NCBI GenBank assembly: GCA_013298625.1
Contig: JAAFIF010000032.1
Location: forward strand, 17,329 to 81,328
DNA length: 64,000 nucleotides
Source of the DNA: Myxococcales bacterium
Lineage (GTDB): Bacteria > Myxococcota_A > Polyangia > Polyangiales > Ga0077539
Reading direction: 5' to 3'
A model generated the notes under the pieces. That model had not been told where the DNA came from. It was given only the letters and a program-made list of their open reading frames with translations, and ran no database searches. The translations under genes were made by a program, and so were the position numbers. Shown here one piece after another: positions 63,984 to 64,000 of this stretch (the first letter of the stretch is position 1; each line of letters begins with the position of its first letter).

Positions 63984-64000
63984 GCGACGCGTGCGCTGCA

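Overview
The window is about 70% GC and densely coding on both strands. The gene content points to Myxococcota, probably Polyangia-like: two Hanks-type Ser/Thr kinases, PEGA domains, two TIGR02265/DUF2378 paralogues and several Cys-rich repeat lipoproteins. That taxonomic call is inference from gene content only.

I support about 55 protein-coding genes. The long Arg/Ala/Gly/Pro-rich ORFs in the track are treated as high-GC artefacts lying antisense to, or out of frame with, real genes. I found no rRNA, tRNA or CRISPR array.

Recognisable modules:
- An ECF sigma / anti-sigma / Cys-rich lipoprotein operon (522-2400).
- A five-gene minus-strand operon led by a membrane Ser/Thr kinase and an unusual TPR+PEGA+TonB-dependent receptor (4251-12558).
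- A secreted PPDK_N-domain lipoprotein followed by two paralogous lipoproteins (16342-20665).
- A membrane-lipid remodelling island: desaturase, PLD, a membrane protein, a cNMP-patatin and a CFA synthase (33982-40713).
- A GT4-GH130 pair next to a divergent LysR gene (45114-49613).
- A TetR-Coq4-DUF4328 operon (55528-57809).

The most unusual content is non-coding. Three unrelated families of small structured repeats each sit at junctions with truncated genes:
- A 601-bp foldback element built from tandem 60-nt subunits (42208-42808).
- A 74-nt hairpin element in two copies (4179-4252 and 26302-26375).
- A hairpin repeat in three copies (about 22004, 27003 and 28892).

Region 26049-29229 is a gene graveyard holding chaC, Uma2 and DUF1624 remnants and a frameshifted IS5-family element. 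I saw no recognisable defence, toxin or secondary-metabolite system. All functional calls rest on motif recognition by eye, with no database search.
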